A stretch of DNA of 64,000 nt from Vulcanimicrobiota bacterium (lineage in GTDB: Bacteria > Vulcanimicrobiota > Vulcanimicrobiia > Vulcanimicrobiales > Vulcanimicrobiaceae): positions 224,001-288,000 of the forward strand of contig CAVRQT010000003.1 of the NCBI GenBank assembly GCA_963723515.1, in the 5' to 3' direction. A program made the position numbers and the translations under genes. The notes under the pieces were generated by a model. It saw nothing but the letters and a program-made list of their open reading frames with translations, was not told the DNA's origin and ran no database searches. Shown here in pieces: positions 42,495 through 53,154 of the stretch (its first letter is position 1; every line of letters starts with the position of its first letter).

Positions 42495-42969
42495 AGCAGC
42501 GCCTCTCTCGCACGTCCGCGCTGATGGAACGGTTGCGATGGTCGACGTTTCCGCGAAGAAGCCGTCGGCACGAATCGCAAGAGCGCAAGCACGGCTGAAG
42601 CTCTCGCCGCCGGCGGCAAACGCAATTCGCACAGCCGCATTGCAAAAAGGCGATGCGCTTGCGACGGCGCAGATCGCGGGCATCCTGGCTGCAAAACAAA
42701 CGCCGGGGCTGATTCCGTTGACGCATCCAATCCCGCTCTCCGGCGTTGACGTTACATTTGCGTGGGAGAGCAATGTGCTCGTGGTGCAGGCGGAGGCGCG
42801 CACGAACGCGGCAACGGGAGTCGAGATGGAAGCGCTCGTTGCGGTGGCGATTGCGGCCTTAACGATTTACGACATGACGAAATCGATCGCTCGCGGTACT
42901 CGCATCGAACGTTTGGCCCTGCTTGAGAAGCGCGGCGGCAAGAGCGGTTCCTGGAAGGCGAAGCGATGA
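42478..42969 (+). CDS. moaC: Cyclic pyranopterin monophosphate synthase
   Basis: MVDVS.K, KGD.L..A..AG..AAK.T..LIPL.HP, TGVEMEAL, YDM.K, K.GGKSG. Confidence 0.96.
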   Translation: MRARRKAAPLSHVRADGTVAMVDVSAKKPSARIARAQARLKLSPPAANAIRTAALQKGDALATAQIAGILAAKQTPGLIPLTHPIPLSGVDVTFAWESNVLVVQAEARTNAATGVEMEALVAVAIAALTIYDMTKSIARGTRIERLALLEKRGGKSGSWKAKR

Positions 42970-43448
42970 AATACCGCGCTGCACTGATCGTACTCTCCGA
43001 TCGCGCCGCGTCGGGGGAGCGTCCGGACCAATGCCTTCCGATCATGAAAGATCGCTTGGGAGCAGCGTACGACATCGTTCATGAGAGCGTCATACCGGAC
43101 GATGCGAGTGCGTTGCAGGCACAACTGATCGATCTCGCGGATCGCAACGTTGCCTCGCTGATCTTGACCAGTGGCGGCACCGGACTCTCGCCGCGCGATC
43201 GCACGCCGCAGACGACCGCCGCAGTGATTGACTATGAGGTGCCGGGCATCGGCGAAGCAATTCGGAGCTACTCCTTGGGCATCGTGCGCAGCGCGATGCT
43301 TTCACGCGCAGTCGCCGGAGTGCGGCATCGAACGCTCATCGTCAACCTTCCGGGCAGTCCGAAGGCGGTCGCGGAATCTCTAGACGTCATCGTGCCGGTG
43401 TTGCCGCATGCCATTGAGCTACTGACCGATGAGGTCGTCGACGGATGA
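42966..43448 (+). CDS. MogA/MoaB molybdopterin adenylyltransferase
   Basis: SDR...G.R.D, T.GGTG.SPRD.TP, LSR..AG, NLPGSPK. Confidence 0.93.
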   Translation: MKYRAALIVLSDRAASGERPDQCLPIMKDRLGAAYDIVHESVIPDDASALQAQLIDLADRNVASLILTSGGTGLSPRDRTPQTTAAVIDYEVPGIGEAIRSYSLGIVRSAMLSRAVAGVRHRTLIVNLPGSPKAVAESLDVIVPVLPHAIELLTDEVVDG

Positions 43449-44776
43449 ATTACGAGCAGGCCGAGGCCTATCTTTACGGCACGGTCAGCGAGATCGTCTC
43501 GCCGCGGGTTCCGTATCGTTTAGATCGGATGCGCTTCTTTCTTGAAGCGCTCGGTAATCCTCAGCGCCGCTATCCGTCGTTGCACATCGGCGGCACGAGC
43601 GGCAAGAGCTCGACCGCTACGATGGCCGCAGCTGTCTTGACCGCCGGCGGAAAGCGTTGCGGGTTGCATACGAAACCGCACCTCGAATCGATGACGGAGC
43701 GCGCGAGAATCGATGGCATCGCAATTTCACGCGAACGGTTCGCTCAGTTGCTGACCGAGATGGAAAGCGCGATCGATGAAGTGGCGCGCGAGTACAGCCG
43801 GCCATCCTACTACGAAACACTACTCGCCTTGGGGTTCTTGCATTTTGCGATCGAGCAGGTTGAAATCGCGGTGATCGAGGTCGGCCTTGGCGGCACGCTC
43901 GATGGCACGAATGTGATCACGCCGCTCGTCAGCGTCATCACGAACGTCGGGCTCGACCACACCGACGTGCTCGGCGACACTCTCGAAGAGATTGCATCCG
44001 ACAAGGTTGGGATTGCGAAACCCGGCGTGCCGCTGGTCACCGCCGTCTCCGATGCGGGTGCGGAACGCGTCATTCGTGCCGGTTGCGCAGCCGTTGGTGC
44101 GCCATATGTTTCTGTGCAATCGCAGGTTTGCGCGGTCACGCAGCAGTTTGAGGGACAATACGGACAACGCTTTACGCTGGAGACCAACCAGGCGAAGTAC
44201 AAAATCGAGATGCCCTTGCTCGGTGATTTTCAGATTCGAAATGCGGAAGCGGCGGTTGTTGCGCTCGAACAGTTGCCGGCTCTCTGCCGTCCGGGCGCGA
44301 CGGATGTGGAACGGGGCTTCGAAAGGGTCCACATTGCGGGACGCATGGAGGTGCTGCCTGGAAACCCGACGGTCGTCTTCGACATCGCGCATAACGCTGA
44401 TAAGGCGCAAAGTTTTGCGCAAGCGCTTCGCGCACATTTTGGGACCGGCCATCGCTATTGGTTTGTCATCGCGATTGGCGAACGCAAAGACGCAAAGGAT
44501 CTTCTGGCGGCGTTCAACGACTTCGAAGGCTCGTTCATTTTCACGACGTTCAGTGCGGTCGGAAGAACGGCTGCAAAGCCACAGCGGCTGGCGAGCATCG
44601 CGCAAGACCTCGGCATCTGGGGGCGAGAAATCAACGATCCGGTCGAAGCGCTCTCCGTTGCGCGCCGTAATGCGGAGCCCGGGGACATCGTCGTTGTAAC
44701 GGGCTCGACGTTCGTCGTCGCGCAACTGCGCGCGTGGTGGCTTGAAAACGTCGGTACGCAAGCCCCAGCGCGATAA
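43445..44776 (+). CDS. folC: Folylpolyglutamate synthase/dihydrofolate synthase
   Basis: HIGGTSGKSST, EVGLGG.LD.TN, GLDH...LG, D.AHN, VTGS. Confidence 0.93.
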   Translation: MNYEQAEAYLYGTVSEIVSPRVPYRLDRMRFFLEALGNPQRRYPSLHIGGTSGKSSTATMAAAVLTAGGKRCGLHTKPHLESMTERARIDGIAISRERFAQLLTEMESAIDEVAREYSRPSYYETLLALGFLHFAIEQVEIAVIEVGLGGTLDGTNVITPLVSVITNVGLDHTDVLGDTLEEIASDKVGIAKPGVPLVTAVSDAGAERVIRAGCAAVGAPYVSVQSQVCAVTQQFEGQYGQRFTLETNQAKYKIEMPLLGDFQIRNAEAAVVALEQLPALCRPGATDVERGFERVHIAGRMEVLPGNPTVVFDIAHNADKAQSFAQALRAHFGTGHRYWFVIAIGERKDAKDLLAAFNDFEGSFIFTTFSAVGRTAAKPQRLASIAQDLGIWGREINDPVEALSVARRNAEPGDIVVVTGSTFVVAQLRAWWLENVGTQAPAR

Positions 44777-45614
44777 GCGTCGCGGCGCCCTGCAGCTGCG
44801 CGGGCGCACGCTGCCGTGGGGCGAGCGAACCTACTTGATGGGTGTCGTCAACGTGACGCCCGATTCATTCTCAGGCGACGGCCATCTCGAGCGCAGTGAT
44901 GCAATCGCCCATGCGCTCGAACAGCATTCGAAGAGCGCCGATATCATCGACATCGGTGCGCAGTCGACTCGTCCGGGATATACGCCGATTTCAGCGGAGG
45001 TTGAAGCGGAGCGGCTCTTACCCGTCCTTCAGGGCGTTCGCAAACAACTGTCCGACGCGATCATCTCCGTGGACACTTTTGAGGTTTCCGTGGCGAATGC
45101 GGCCGCCGACGCCGGCGCCGACATCTTGAACTCAATTTGGGGCCTTTCCAACGACCTGCTCTCGGTCGCGCTGCAGCACGAGATGCCGTTCGTCATCATG
45201 CATAACAAAGACGTGGCAGCCTATAAAGGCGACGTCGTGGACGAAGTGCTCAGGTTCTTAGAAAACGGGGCGCAACGCGCTCTTCGTGCCGGCATGCGCG
45301 AGGAGCATATTATCCTCGACCCTGGCATCGGATTCGGAAAACTGCCCGAAGACAATATGTCGGTCTTGCGCGAGCTAGAACGAGTCGTCGCGCTCGGATT
45401 CCCAACCTTGCTCGGAACATCTCGCAAATCGATGATCGGTAAGCTGACCGGCCGGCGAGCGGAGGAGAGGGTCTTGGGAACGGCCGCGACCGTCGCGCTC
45501 GCGATTGCGGCGGGCATCGACGTCGTTCGCGTCCACGATGTGCGTGAAATGCGCGACGTCATCGACGTCTGCGATGCGATCGAACGCGGATGGCGGCCGC
45601 AAGAATGGATGTAA
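44742..45614 (+). CDS. folP: Dihydropteroate synthase
   Basis: MG.VNVTPDSFS, STRPG, DPGIGFGK, G.SRK, RVHDV. Confidence 0.96.
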   Translation: MKTSVRKPQRDKRRGALQLRGRTLPWGERTYLMGVVNVTPDSFSGDGHLERSDAIAHALEQHSKSADIIDIGAQSTRPGYTPISAEVEAERLLPVLQGVRKQLSDAIISVDTFEVSVANAAADAGADILNSIWGLSNDLLSVALQHEMPFVIMHNKDVAAYKGDVVDEVLRFLENGAQRALRAGMREEHIILDPGIGFGKLPEDNMSVLRELERVVALGFPTLLGTSRKSMIGKLTGRRAEERVLGTAATVALAIAAGIDVVRVHDVREMRDVIDVCDAIERGWRPQEWM

Positions 45615-45976
45615 TCGAAATTCGTGGGATTCGCGCGTTCGGCAAACATGGCGCCGACGAGCCGGAACGTTCACACGAGCAGCCGCTGGATATAGATGTT
45701 CGTCTGGAGATTGATTTGAGCGCCGCCTCGTCAAGCGACGATCTAGAAGCGACGCTCGACTATGCAAAACTTCACGCGCGGATCCTGAGCACCGTGCGCG
45801 AGCAGTCATATCATTTGCTCGAACGCCTCGCAGCCGAACTCCTGAAAACCATCTTCGATGATGTTCGCGTGGCTCGTGCCCAAGTCGCTATTGCGAAGCC
45901 CGCCATTCTCGGCGGGGCGACGCCGCGAGTACGACTGCGCAAGAAAAATCCCCGCTATCTTGGACCATGCCGATAA
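45605..45976 (+). CDS. folB: Dihydroneopterin aldolase
   Basis: G.HG...ER...Q...D, SDDL..T.DY, LLE.LA, KP. Confidence 0.93.
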   Translation: MDVIEIRGIRAFGKHGADEPERSHEQPLDIDVRLEIDLSAASSSDDLEATLDYAKLHARILSTVREQSYHLLERLAAELLKTIFDDVRVARAQVAIAKPAILGGATPRVRLRKKNPRYLGPCR

Positions 45977-46842
45977 CTGCCATCGGAATCGGGTCCAATC
46001 AAGGCGACGCTCGAGCGAACGTCACCGCAGCCTTCAACATGCTGCGTGAAATCGGCGACGTCACCGCAACCTCGCGGCTCTACCGAACGCGTCCGTGGGG
46101 TGTCAAAGATCAACCGGAGTTCATCAACGCGGCGGCGTTGGTCGAAACGACGCTCACGCCACACGAGTTGTTGCACGCCCTGCAATCGCTGGAACGCAAA
46201 CTTGGCCGCCGCCCAACGTATCGGTGGGGACCCCGCGTCATCGATCTCGACATTCTGTACTATGACGACGAGCGGATCGATGCATCCGACTTAGTCATTC
46301 CGCATCCGCGCATCTTGGAGCGCCAATTCGTTCTCGCGCCGCTCGCCGACATCGATCCGCGTTATGGTAATATCGCGCGCTCAGGATACGATGCGCAACC
46401 CGGCGAATGCACCCCGCTCATGCCTGAAGAGAGCGAAGATGTGACGATGCGAGTTCGCCGTCTCGTCGATGCATTCGAGCAAACGGACCTGATCGGCTTG
46501 CGGATCAGCGATGCGAATGGTGATGCGATCGAGCTTCGCCGTGCGCCCCGGAGCGCTTCCGATACAGAGCAAGATGGGTCGCAGCGCAAGTCATTCGAAG
46601 ATCGCAACCGAATCCCGGTGGACGTCATAAAAGCGAATCTCGTCGGTATCGCGCATCTTATCAAACCCGTTCCGCCGACCGGCACGCAACTCGATGGCGA
46701 GCGGGAACTTGCGTACGTCGAAGCGCTCGGCATTCGCAATGCCGTCGTCGCGCGAGGTCCAGGCCGACTTCATGCAGTTCTCGTTGACGACGGGCAGCCG
46801 GTCGAATACGGTCAACCACTCTTCGAGATCGCGCGGCCTTGA
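45967..46842 (+). CDS. folK: FolK (HPPK) in frame with an AccB/BCCP-like module lacking the biotinyl lysine
   Basis: IGSN.G, S.LY.T.PWG..DQP.F.N, WGPR.IDLDIL, PHP...ER.FVL.PL. From Met 46420: AccB-like N-helix and lipoyl domain VEALGIRN...V.DGQPVEYGQPLF.I. Confidence 0.85.
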   Translation: MPITAIGIGSNQGDARANVTAAFNMLREIGDVTATSRLYRTRPWGVKDQPEFINAAALVETTLTPHELLHALQSLERKLGRRPTYRWGPRVIDLDILYYDDERIDASDLVIPHPRILERQFVLAPLADIDPRYGNIARSGYDAQPGECTPLMPEESEDVTMRVRRLVDAFEQTDLIGLRISDANGDAIELRRAPRSASDTEQDGSQRKSFEDRNRIPVDVIKANLVGIAHLIKPVPPTGTQLDGERELAYVEALGIRNAVVARGPGRLHAVLVDDGQPVEYGQPLFEIARP

Positions 46843-46863
46843 CTACTACCACTTCACGTAGCC

Positions 46864-46887
46864 TGTCACCCCGAGCTTGTCGAGGGG
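46864..46887. repeat. REP-like palindromic repeat unit
   Basis: TGTCA-CCCC-GAGCTTGTCGA-GGGG. Confidence 0.7.
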
Positions 46888-46890
46888 GCC

Positions 46891-48244
46891 GTGTTTAGAA
46901 AGGTCTTGATCGCCAATCGCGGCGAGATCGCGCTTCGAATCAACCGCGCATGTCAAGAATTGGGCGTGTCAACGGTCGCGATTCATTCCGAGGCGGATCG
47001 GAGCTCGCTTCACGTTCGGCAAGCGAACGAAGCATTTTGCGTGGGTCCGGGGTCGGCCGCGCACTCCTATCTCAATATTCCGAACATCATCTCGACGGCA
47101 TTGATTACCGGCGCCGACGCTGTTCATCCCGGCTACGGATTTTTAGCCGAGAACGCTCGTTTTGCGGAGATCTGCGCCGACCATGGGCTCGTCTTCATCG
47201 GCCCACCACCGGATGTCATCGCATTGATGGGTGATAAGGCGAACGCGAAGCGTGTCATGGCGCAGAGCGGCGTTCCGACGACTCCCGGAACGGAAGTTCT
47301 TGAAACGGCCGCCGATGCGGCGCATGCCGCTGAAAAGATCGGCTTCCCAGTTCTCTTGAAAGCGACGGCCGGCGGCGGCGGCAAGGGCATGCGCGAGGTC
47401 GACGCTTCGGATCAGATGGAGCGGACCTTTGCGATGGCGCAAGCGGAGGCGGAAGCGAATTTTAACGACGGCCGGCTCTATTTAGAGAAGCTGATCGAAC
47501 ATCCGCGGCACATTGAAGTTCAAGTTTTGGGCGATACGTTCGGCAACATCGTGCATCTCGGGGAGCGCGACTGCTCGATTCAAAAGCCATCGCACCAAAA
47601 ATTGATCGAGGAAGCGCCCGCGGCGAATCTCGCCGGAGCGCGTGCGGCGAACGCTGCAAGAGACGGCCGTTCGCGCCGCAGTAGCCGTCAAATATACCAA
47701 TGCCGGAACGCTGGAATTCCTCGTGAGCGATCGGCAGGCGTATTTCATGGAGATGAACACGCGCATTCAAGTCGAGCATCCGGTGACGGAAATGGTCTAT
47801 GGCATCGACCTCGTCAAGGAGCAGATTCGCATTGCGGCCGGCGAGGCGCTCGGTTACGCGCAGGGCGACCTGCGTGCAAGAGGCCACGCGATCGAGTGCC
47901 GGCTGAACGCCGAGGATCCGACGCGCAATTTTGCGCCCGTCGCCGGTACGCTGACCGATGTCGTCTTTCCGGGCGGCCCGGGAATTCGCGTTGATACGCA
48001 CGCTTATTCCGGCCTCGAAGTCCCGCCGTTTTACGATTCGATGCTTGCCAAGGTGATCGCATTCGCCGATACGCGTGAAGCGGCGATCGCTCGGATGGAA
48101 CGTGCGCTCAAAGAAACCGTAATAGAGGGCGTGGCCACGACGATAGCCCCGTGCCTCGGCGTGCTCGCCTCGCGTGCGTTTCGTTCAGGCAATTACGGGA
48201 TCGATTTTCTGCCGTCGTTCATTCACGAGTCGACGGCTGCCTAA
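46891..48244 (+). CDS. accC: Biotin carboxylase; frameshift near 47640
   Basis: KVLIANRGEIA, HPGYGFLAEN, GGGGKGMR, ERDCSIQ, EMNTRIQVEHPVTE, YDSM.AK. Confidence 0.95.
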
Positions 48245-48249
48245 TTGCA

Positions 48250-48675
48250 ATGCCGACCCGCCGCATGGCTCGAGAGCTGGCCCTACAGACGCTCTTCAGC
48301 GTCGAAGTCGGACATCAGCCGCCTGACGATGCGCTCACGCAAACATTCACGCATAGCGGCAGCCGGGGTGCCCAACGCGCGTTCATTCAGGATCTGGTCT
48401 TTGGAACGCTCGAGCACTCCGAGGAAAGCGATCGCGAATTCTCGCCGCTGCTCGAGGGTTGGACGATCGATCGCTTGCCGACGATCGATCGGCTTCTGCT
48501 GCGCATGAGCCTTTTTGAACTGCGCCACCGGCCACAAATTCCGCGCGCCGTCGTCATCAACGAGGCGGTGGAACTCGCGAAGAAATTCTCGACGGACGAC
48601 TCGGGCCGCTTCATCAACGGCGTGCTCTCGGCCGCGTGCAATGGCCGTCCAACGAAAGCCGATGCAACGCACTAG
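48250..48675 (+). CDS. nusB: Transcription antitermination factor
   Basis: RR.ARE.ALQ.LF, W..DRL..IDR.LLR, INEAVELAK.F....S..FINGVL. Confidence 0.96.
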   Translation: MPTRRMARELALQTLFSVEVGHQPPDDALTQTFTHSGSRGAQRAFIQDLVFGTLEHSEESDREFSPLLEGWTIDRLPTIDRLLLRMSLFELRHRPQIPRAVVINEAVELAKKFSTDDSGRFINGVLSAACNGRPTKADATH

Positions 48676-50727
48676 ATTTCGCACCGATTACGTGCGGCCT
48701 GTGAGGCGCCCGTTGCCTTTGTGGTGGCGCATTTTGGCGGTCTGCCTCTGCGTGATCTTCTTCATCGGGCTCTTCGCCGCAGGGACGATCGCCGGCGTGA
48801 TCGCTTCGTACTCGCAAAATTTGCCCGACATCAACCGTATGGCGGATTTTCAACCGGAACGTTCGACGCGTCTGTACGCGCGCGACGGGACGCTGCTCGC
48901 AAACCTCTATCGGCAGAATCGCATCTGGGTACCGATCAACAAGATTCCACCGATCGTTCGTGACGCGTTCATTGCGGTCGAAGACGAGCATTTTTACCAG
49001 CATCACGGCGTCGATTTTCAAGGCATAGCGCGCGCCGCGATCGCCGACTGGCGGCACGAGCGCTTCCAAGGCGCATCGACGATCACGCAGCAGCTCGCGC
49101 GCGCGCTCTTCCTTTCCGGTGAAGTCTCGGTATCGCGCAAGATTCAGGAAGCGCTGCTGGCGATGGAAATCGAGCGCTTTTATACGAAGGACGAAATCCT
49201 CGAACGCTACCTGAACATGATCTATTTCGGCTCCCAAGCCTATGGAGTCGAGGCGGCCGCGCATACGTACTTTGGAAAGAGCGTCCAAAATTTGAGCGTT
49301 GGGCAGGCGGCATTGCTTGCCGGTTTGCCCGCCGCGCCGTCGGACTACTCACCGTATGTCAATCTTTCGCATGCTAAGCAGCGGCAAACGCACGTTCTCG
49401 ACCGGATGGTCGCGGGTGGCTACCTGACGCAGGCGCAGGCGGCGGCGGCATATGCTGAGCCGTTGCATTTAGCGGGTGAACGCAGCCCCGGTTTCAGGGC
49501 TACGCTTATCCGTATTTCACGACGTACGCAATCAACCAACTCGAAAAGACGTTCGGGCGACAAGCAACGTACGAAGCGGGCTTGCAAGTGTACACGACGC
49601 TCGATCCCAAACTGCAAAAACTTGCGCAAGATTGCGTCAATTGGGGCGTGCAGAGCGCAATTGCGGAAGGCATCGGCGCCGATCAAGAGGCGCTCGTCGC
49701 GATCCGTCCGTCAACGGGAGAGATTCTCGCGATGGTCGGCGGCGCCGGCGGCTTTCTCGCTGCACAACCAATTCAACCGCGCGTGGCAAACGCGCCGCCA
49801 GCCGGGTTCTTCCTTTAAAGTGTACGTTTACACCGCTGCAATCGACAGCGGCATGCCGCCGACCGCAATCATGGAAGATACGCCGGTTTCTTACCCGATG
49901 GGCGACGGTACGCTGTGGGAACCGAAGGACGACGATCTGAGCTATATGGGTGCGATCCCGCTGCGAACGGCGCTCGCGCAATCGCGCAATATCGTCGCCG
50001 TCAAACTGGCGCAATTGCTCGGCGTCGACCGCGTGATCGCGTATGCGCAACGGATGGGCGTCCGCTCGCCGCTCGAAGCGAACCTTTCACTTGCGCTCGG
50101 CACTTCGGGCGTGAGTCCGCTCGACATGGCCTCCGGCTTCTCGACCTTAGCCAATCAGGGCGTGCACATTGAGCCCTCGCCGTTTCGGATCGTCAAAGAT
50201 TCGCTCGGGACGATGATTCTCGACAACCGCTTTCCGCAACAGACCGAAGTGGTCGGCGCGGGCACCGCATACATCATGGACTCGATGATGGAAAGCGTCA
50301 TCCAATCGGGCACCGGAATCGAATGCGCAAAATCGGACGGCCCGCAGCCGGCAAGACCGGAACGACCTCGAGCTTCCGCGATGCCTGGTTCGTCGGGTTC
50401 ACGCCGGATCTCGTGGCGGCGGTTTGGCTGGGCAACGACGATTACGCGCCGATGAACGAATCGTACGGGGGGAATATCCCGGCGCGAACCTGGGCGCGTT
50501 TCATGGAAGCGGCGCTTGCCAAGACGCCCAAACATGATTTTCCGTTCCCGAGCGGCGAGGTCGTGAAAGTTGCCAACTGCGGCGGCGGCTACGAATACTT
50601 TCTGCCCGGCACGGAGCCGCTGAGCCGTTGCGCGAGCCCGGGCTCCGAGCGCCGCGTCGACATCAATGCGTACCAGCCGCCCGAGGGAGCTGCAACGCTG
50701 CAGCCTTTACCGACCGCGACGCCATGA
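48641..50727 (+). CDS. Class A penicillin-binding protein (PBP1A family); frameshifts near 49500, 49750 and 50320
   Basis: ED..F..H.G, GASTITQQL, RK..E; GSSFK, SRN and KTG motifs. Confidence 0.93.
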
Positions 50728-52277
50728 ACACTCCCATGCGGCAACAAGCCACCAATGCGATGCCGCTCACGGTGAGCCAATTTGTCCGAGGGGTCGATAC
50801 GTTTTTCAAAAAACACAGTGTACTCAGCAGCTTGGCCATCGCCGGCGAAATATCGGGGTACGCGCCGGTACACAGTGGTTCTATCTTTTTTAAGCTCAAA
50901 GATGAAGACTGCAGCCTCGAGTGCTTTGTGTCTAGAGCGAACGTGCTGGAGCTGCCCGCTCTTCGAAATGGCTTAGAAGTGATTGCCCGCGGCGGAATGT
51001 CGCTTTGGGCGGACGGCCGGTGCACAATGCTTGTCCGCCAGGTCACGCTAACCGGCGAGGGCGCACTCTTCGCGCGTCAGGAAGAGCTGCGTAAGCGGCT
51101 TGAGCGCCAAGGCGTTTTCTCCAGTGCACGTAAAAGAAACTTGCCGCCATATCCGTTCGCAATAGCGATTGTTACGCGACGCGGAAGCCATGCCGAAAGT
51201 GACTTTCGCGCGAAGATGGTTCGAGCGAGCCATATTACTGTAACGACTGTCGATTCACCGGTTCAAGGTGCTGTGGCTGGTCCCGAGATTGCAAACGCAA
51301 TTGAGCGCGCTAACCAAATGCCAGTGGATTTGATCGTTTTAGCGCGAGGCGGTGGATCGCTTGAAGAACTCTTTGGATTCAGCACGGAACCAGTGGTTAC
51401 CGCGATCGTCCAAAGTAACATCCCGGTCGTCACCGGGATAGGCCACTCGGCGCATAAAATGCTCGCCGATCTGGCCGCCGATAGAGTGTTCGACACGCCG
51501 GGAGACGTTGCAAGCTATATCGTTGAATGCACGCAGTCAACTCTGCAGAAGCTGACAATTTGCCAACGTGACCTAAGCAGAGACGCCGAACGCGCGCTGG
51601 CCCTAGCCGCTGACAAGGTCGGCGGTGCGCTTCGCCGATTGGGTTCAGCCGGTCAGGTGTATCTGAACCAGAGGATGAGCAAGCGCGAGAGGCTCCATCA
51701 TCTACTTGTCGAGCTCAGACCGTCCGCTGAAATGTCCCGCCGAAATAGCCGGCTTGCGGCCGCTCGGGCGCGCCTTTTAGCGGTTCGTAGAAATGGGCTG
51801 AAGCCTTTTCATCGGCAACTAAAAAGCATCGAGCGGCAACTTGTGCCAAGCGTCCGCAGAAGCGTATCATTGTTGATGGCGCGTCACCAATCGTGCAAAT
51901 CGCAGCTGCACGCGAACAACCCAGCCGCTTCCGTAACCCAAGCCAAAAGACTGCTGCGCGGACACGCGCAGCAGTTGCATAGGCTGCGTCGTCGCGGCCT
52001 CGAGCCGTCTAGAGTATTTGTGCGATCGGCGCATGGGCGGCTGCTCCAGATATCAAAGGACAATGTGATGGCGTGCGAGGCTCGATATCGGCTTAGCGCT
52101 TCAAAGCTGGGAACACTCGATCCTAAAGCAATTCTCAGGCGTGGGTACGCTATAGTCCGAAGAGATGGCAAGGTCGTTAAAGATTCACGCTTGCTGACAA
52201 CCGGTTCTTGCGTTGAGGCCGAACTTGCGCGCGGGGTCATAGGTGCACGCGTTGAAAGCATCAGGAATGCCAGATAA
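50724..52277 (+). CDS. xseA: Exodeoxyribonuclease VII large subunit, divergent
   Basis: OB fold (GEIS...F.LKD), VQG..A, ARGGGS.EEL, GIGH, LDP..IL.RGYAIV. Confidence 0.9.
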   Translation: MNTPMRQQATNAMPLTVSQFVRGVDTFFKKHSVLSSLAIAGEISGYAPVHSGSIFFKLKDEDCSLECFVSRANVLELPALRNGLEVIARGGMSLWADGRCTMLVRQVTLTGEGALFARQEELRKRLERQGVFSSARKRNLPPYPFAIAIVTRRGSHAESDFRAKMVRASHITVTTVDSPVQGAVAGPEIANAIERANQMPVDLIVLARGGGSLEELFGFSTEPVVTAIVQSNIPVVTGIGHSAHKMLADLAADRVFDTPGDVASYIVECTQSTLQKLTICQRDLSRDAERALALAADKVGGALRRLGSAGQVYLNQRMSKRERLHHLLVELRPSAEMSRRNSRLAAARARLLAVRRNGLKPFHRQLKSIERQLVPSVRRSVSLLMARHQSCKSQLHANNPAASVTQAKRLLRGHAQQLHRLRRRGLEPSRVFVRSAHGRLLQISKDNVMACEARYRLSASKLGTLDPKAILRRGYAIVRRDGKVVKDSRLLTTGSCVEAELARGVIGARVESIRNAR

Positions 52278-52545
52278 GCGCGCAAGAAAATTTGAGGAGG
52301 CCATGAACGAGCTTGAGCAAATTATAAGCAAGCTCGACGGTGGCAGTGTGGATTTAGAAGAGCACGTCGAGCTTTTTAAGCGCGGAACTGCGCTTGCACG
52401 CGAGTGCGAGAAAATGCTTAAAGCCGCGCAAGATCAGATAGATGAAGCGACGCGCATTCCAAAGTCGGATTCTAAGGCTTTTCCAAAAGTTACTGAGGAA
52501 GACGTCGCGGCCGAAGCCGTGGTCGACGAAGAGATTCCATTCTGA
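52267..52545 (+). CDS. xseB: Exodeoxyribonuclease VII small subunit
   Basis: FEEAM.ELE.I...L..G...LE....F..G..L...C...L..A. Confidence 0.92.
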   Translation: MPDKRARKFEEAMNELEQIISKLDGGSVDLEEHVELFKRGTALARECEKMLKAAQDQIDEATRIPKSDSKAFPKVTEEDVAAEAVVDEEIPF

Positions 52546-52641
52546 CTTTCTAGTCGCGAACAGCCCGCTCGGCCGCGCTTAGATTACATATCGTGGAATA
52601 CGACGGGGGTGACGCTGATGTTCACTCGAACGGCCAAGCAG

Positions 52642-53121
52642 ATGCGTAAAGTTAACTCGAAAGACGTTGACGAGGAAGCCTGGGAATCACCCAAAGGCAA
52701 GTTCAAATCCGCCGGCAAGCAGATATCCATGGCGCTGGGGCGCAAGCCGGAATCGTTGGATCTGCACGAGCGGCATCCGTTCGATGTGGAAATTGCCCGC
52801 ATACCCGCCGGTGCAACGCCCTATCCCTATCACTCGCATAGCGCGCAGTGGGAGTTCTATCACGTCATTGAGGGTCGTGGAATCGTTCGCCATGAGGACG
52901 GCACAACGGAAGTCGAAACGGGCGATGCGTTCATCTTCAAACCCGGCGAAGCGCACGTCGTTTCCAACAACGGCACGGAAGATTTGATCATGTATGTCAT
53001 TGCCGATAATCCAATCGGTGAATCGTGCTACTATCCAGATAGCAAGAAATGGGTGGTGCGCTCGCCGGAGCGCCGTCTGATCCGCTCCGAACCCTTAGAC
53101 TATTTCGACGGCGAAGAGTAA
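52642..53121 (+). CDS. Cupin domain protein
   Basis: PYHSH...EF..V..G.G, GD...F.PG.AH...N, YYPDS.K. Confidence 0.88.
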   Translation: MRKVNSKDVDEEAWESPKGKFKSAGKQISMALGRKPESLDLHERHPFDVEIARIPAGATPYPYHSHSAQWEFYHVIEGRGIVRHEDGTTEVETGDAFIFKPGEAHVVSNNGTEDLIMYVIADNPIGESCYYPDSKKWVVRSPERRLIRSEPLDYFDGEE

Positions 53122-53154
53122 CTACTCAAACGCGCGTGCAGCCGCGGCGTGACC

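Noticed and set aside
43820..44809. Long antisense or alternate-frame ORFs (e.g. 329 aa here, and 53999..54748)
   Set aside because: They shadow well-supported genes in GC-rich DNA and show no recognisable motifs.
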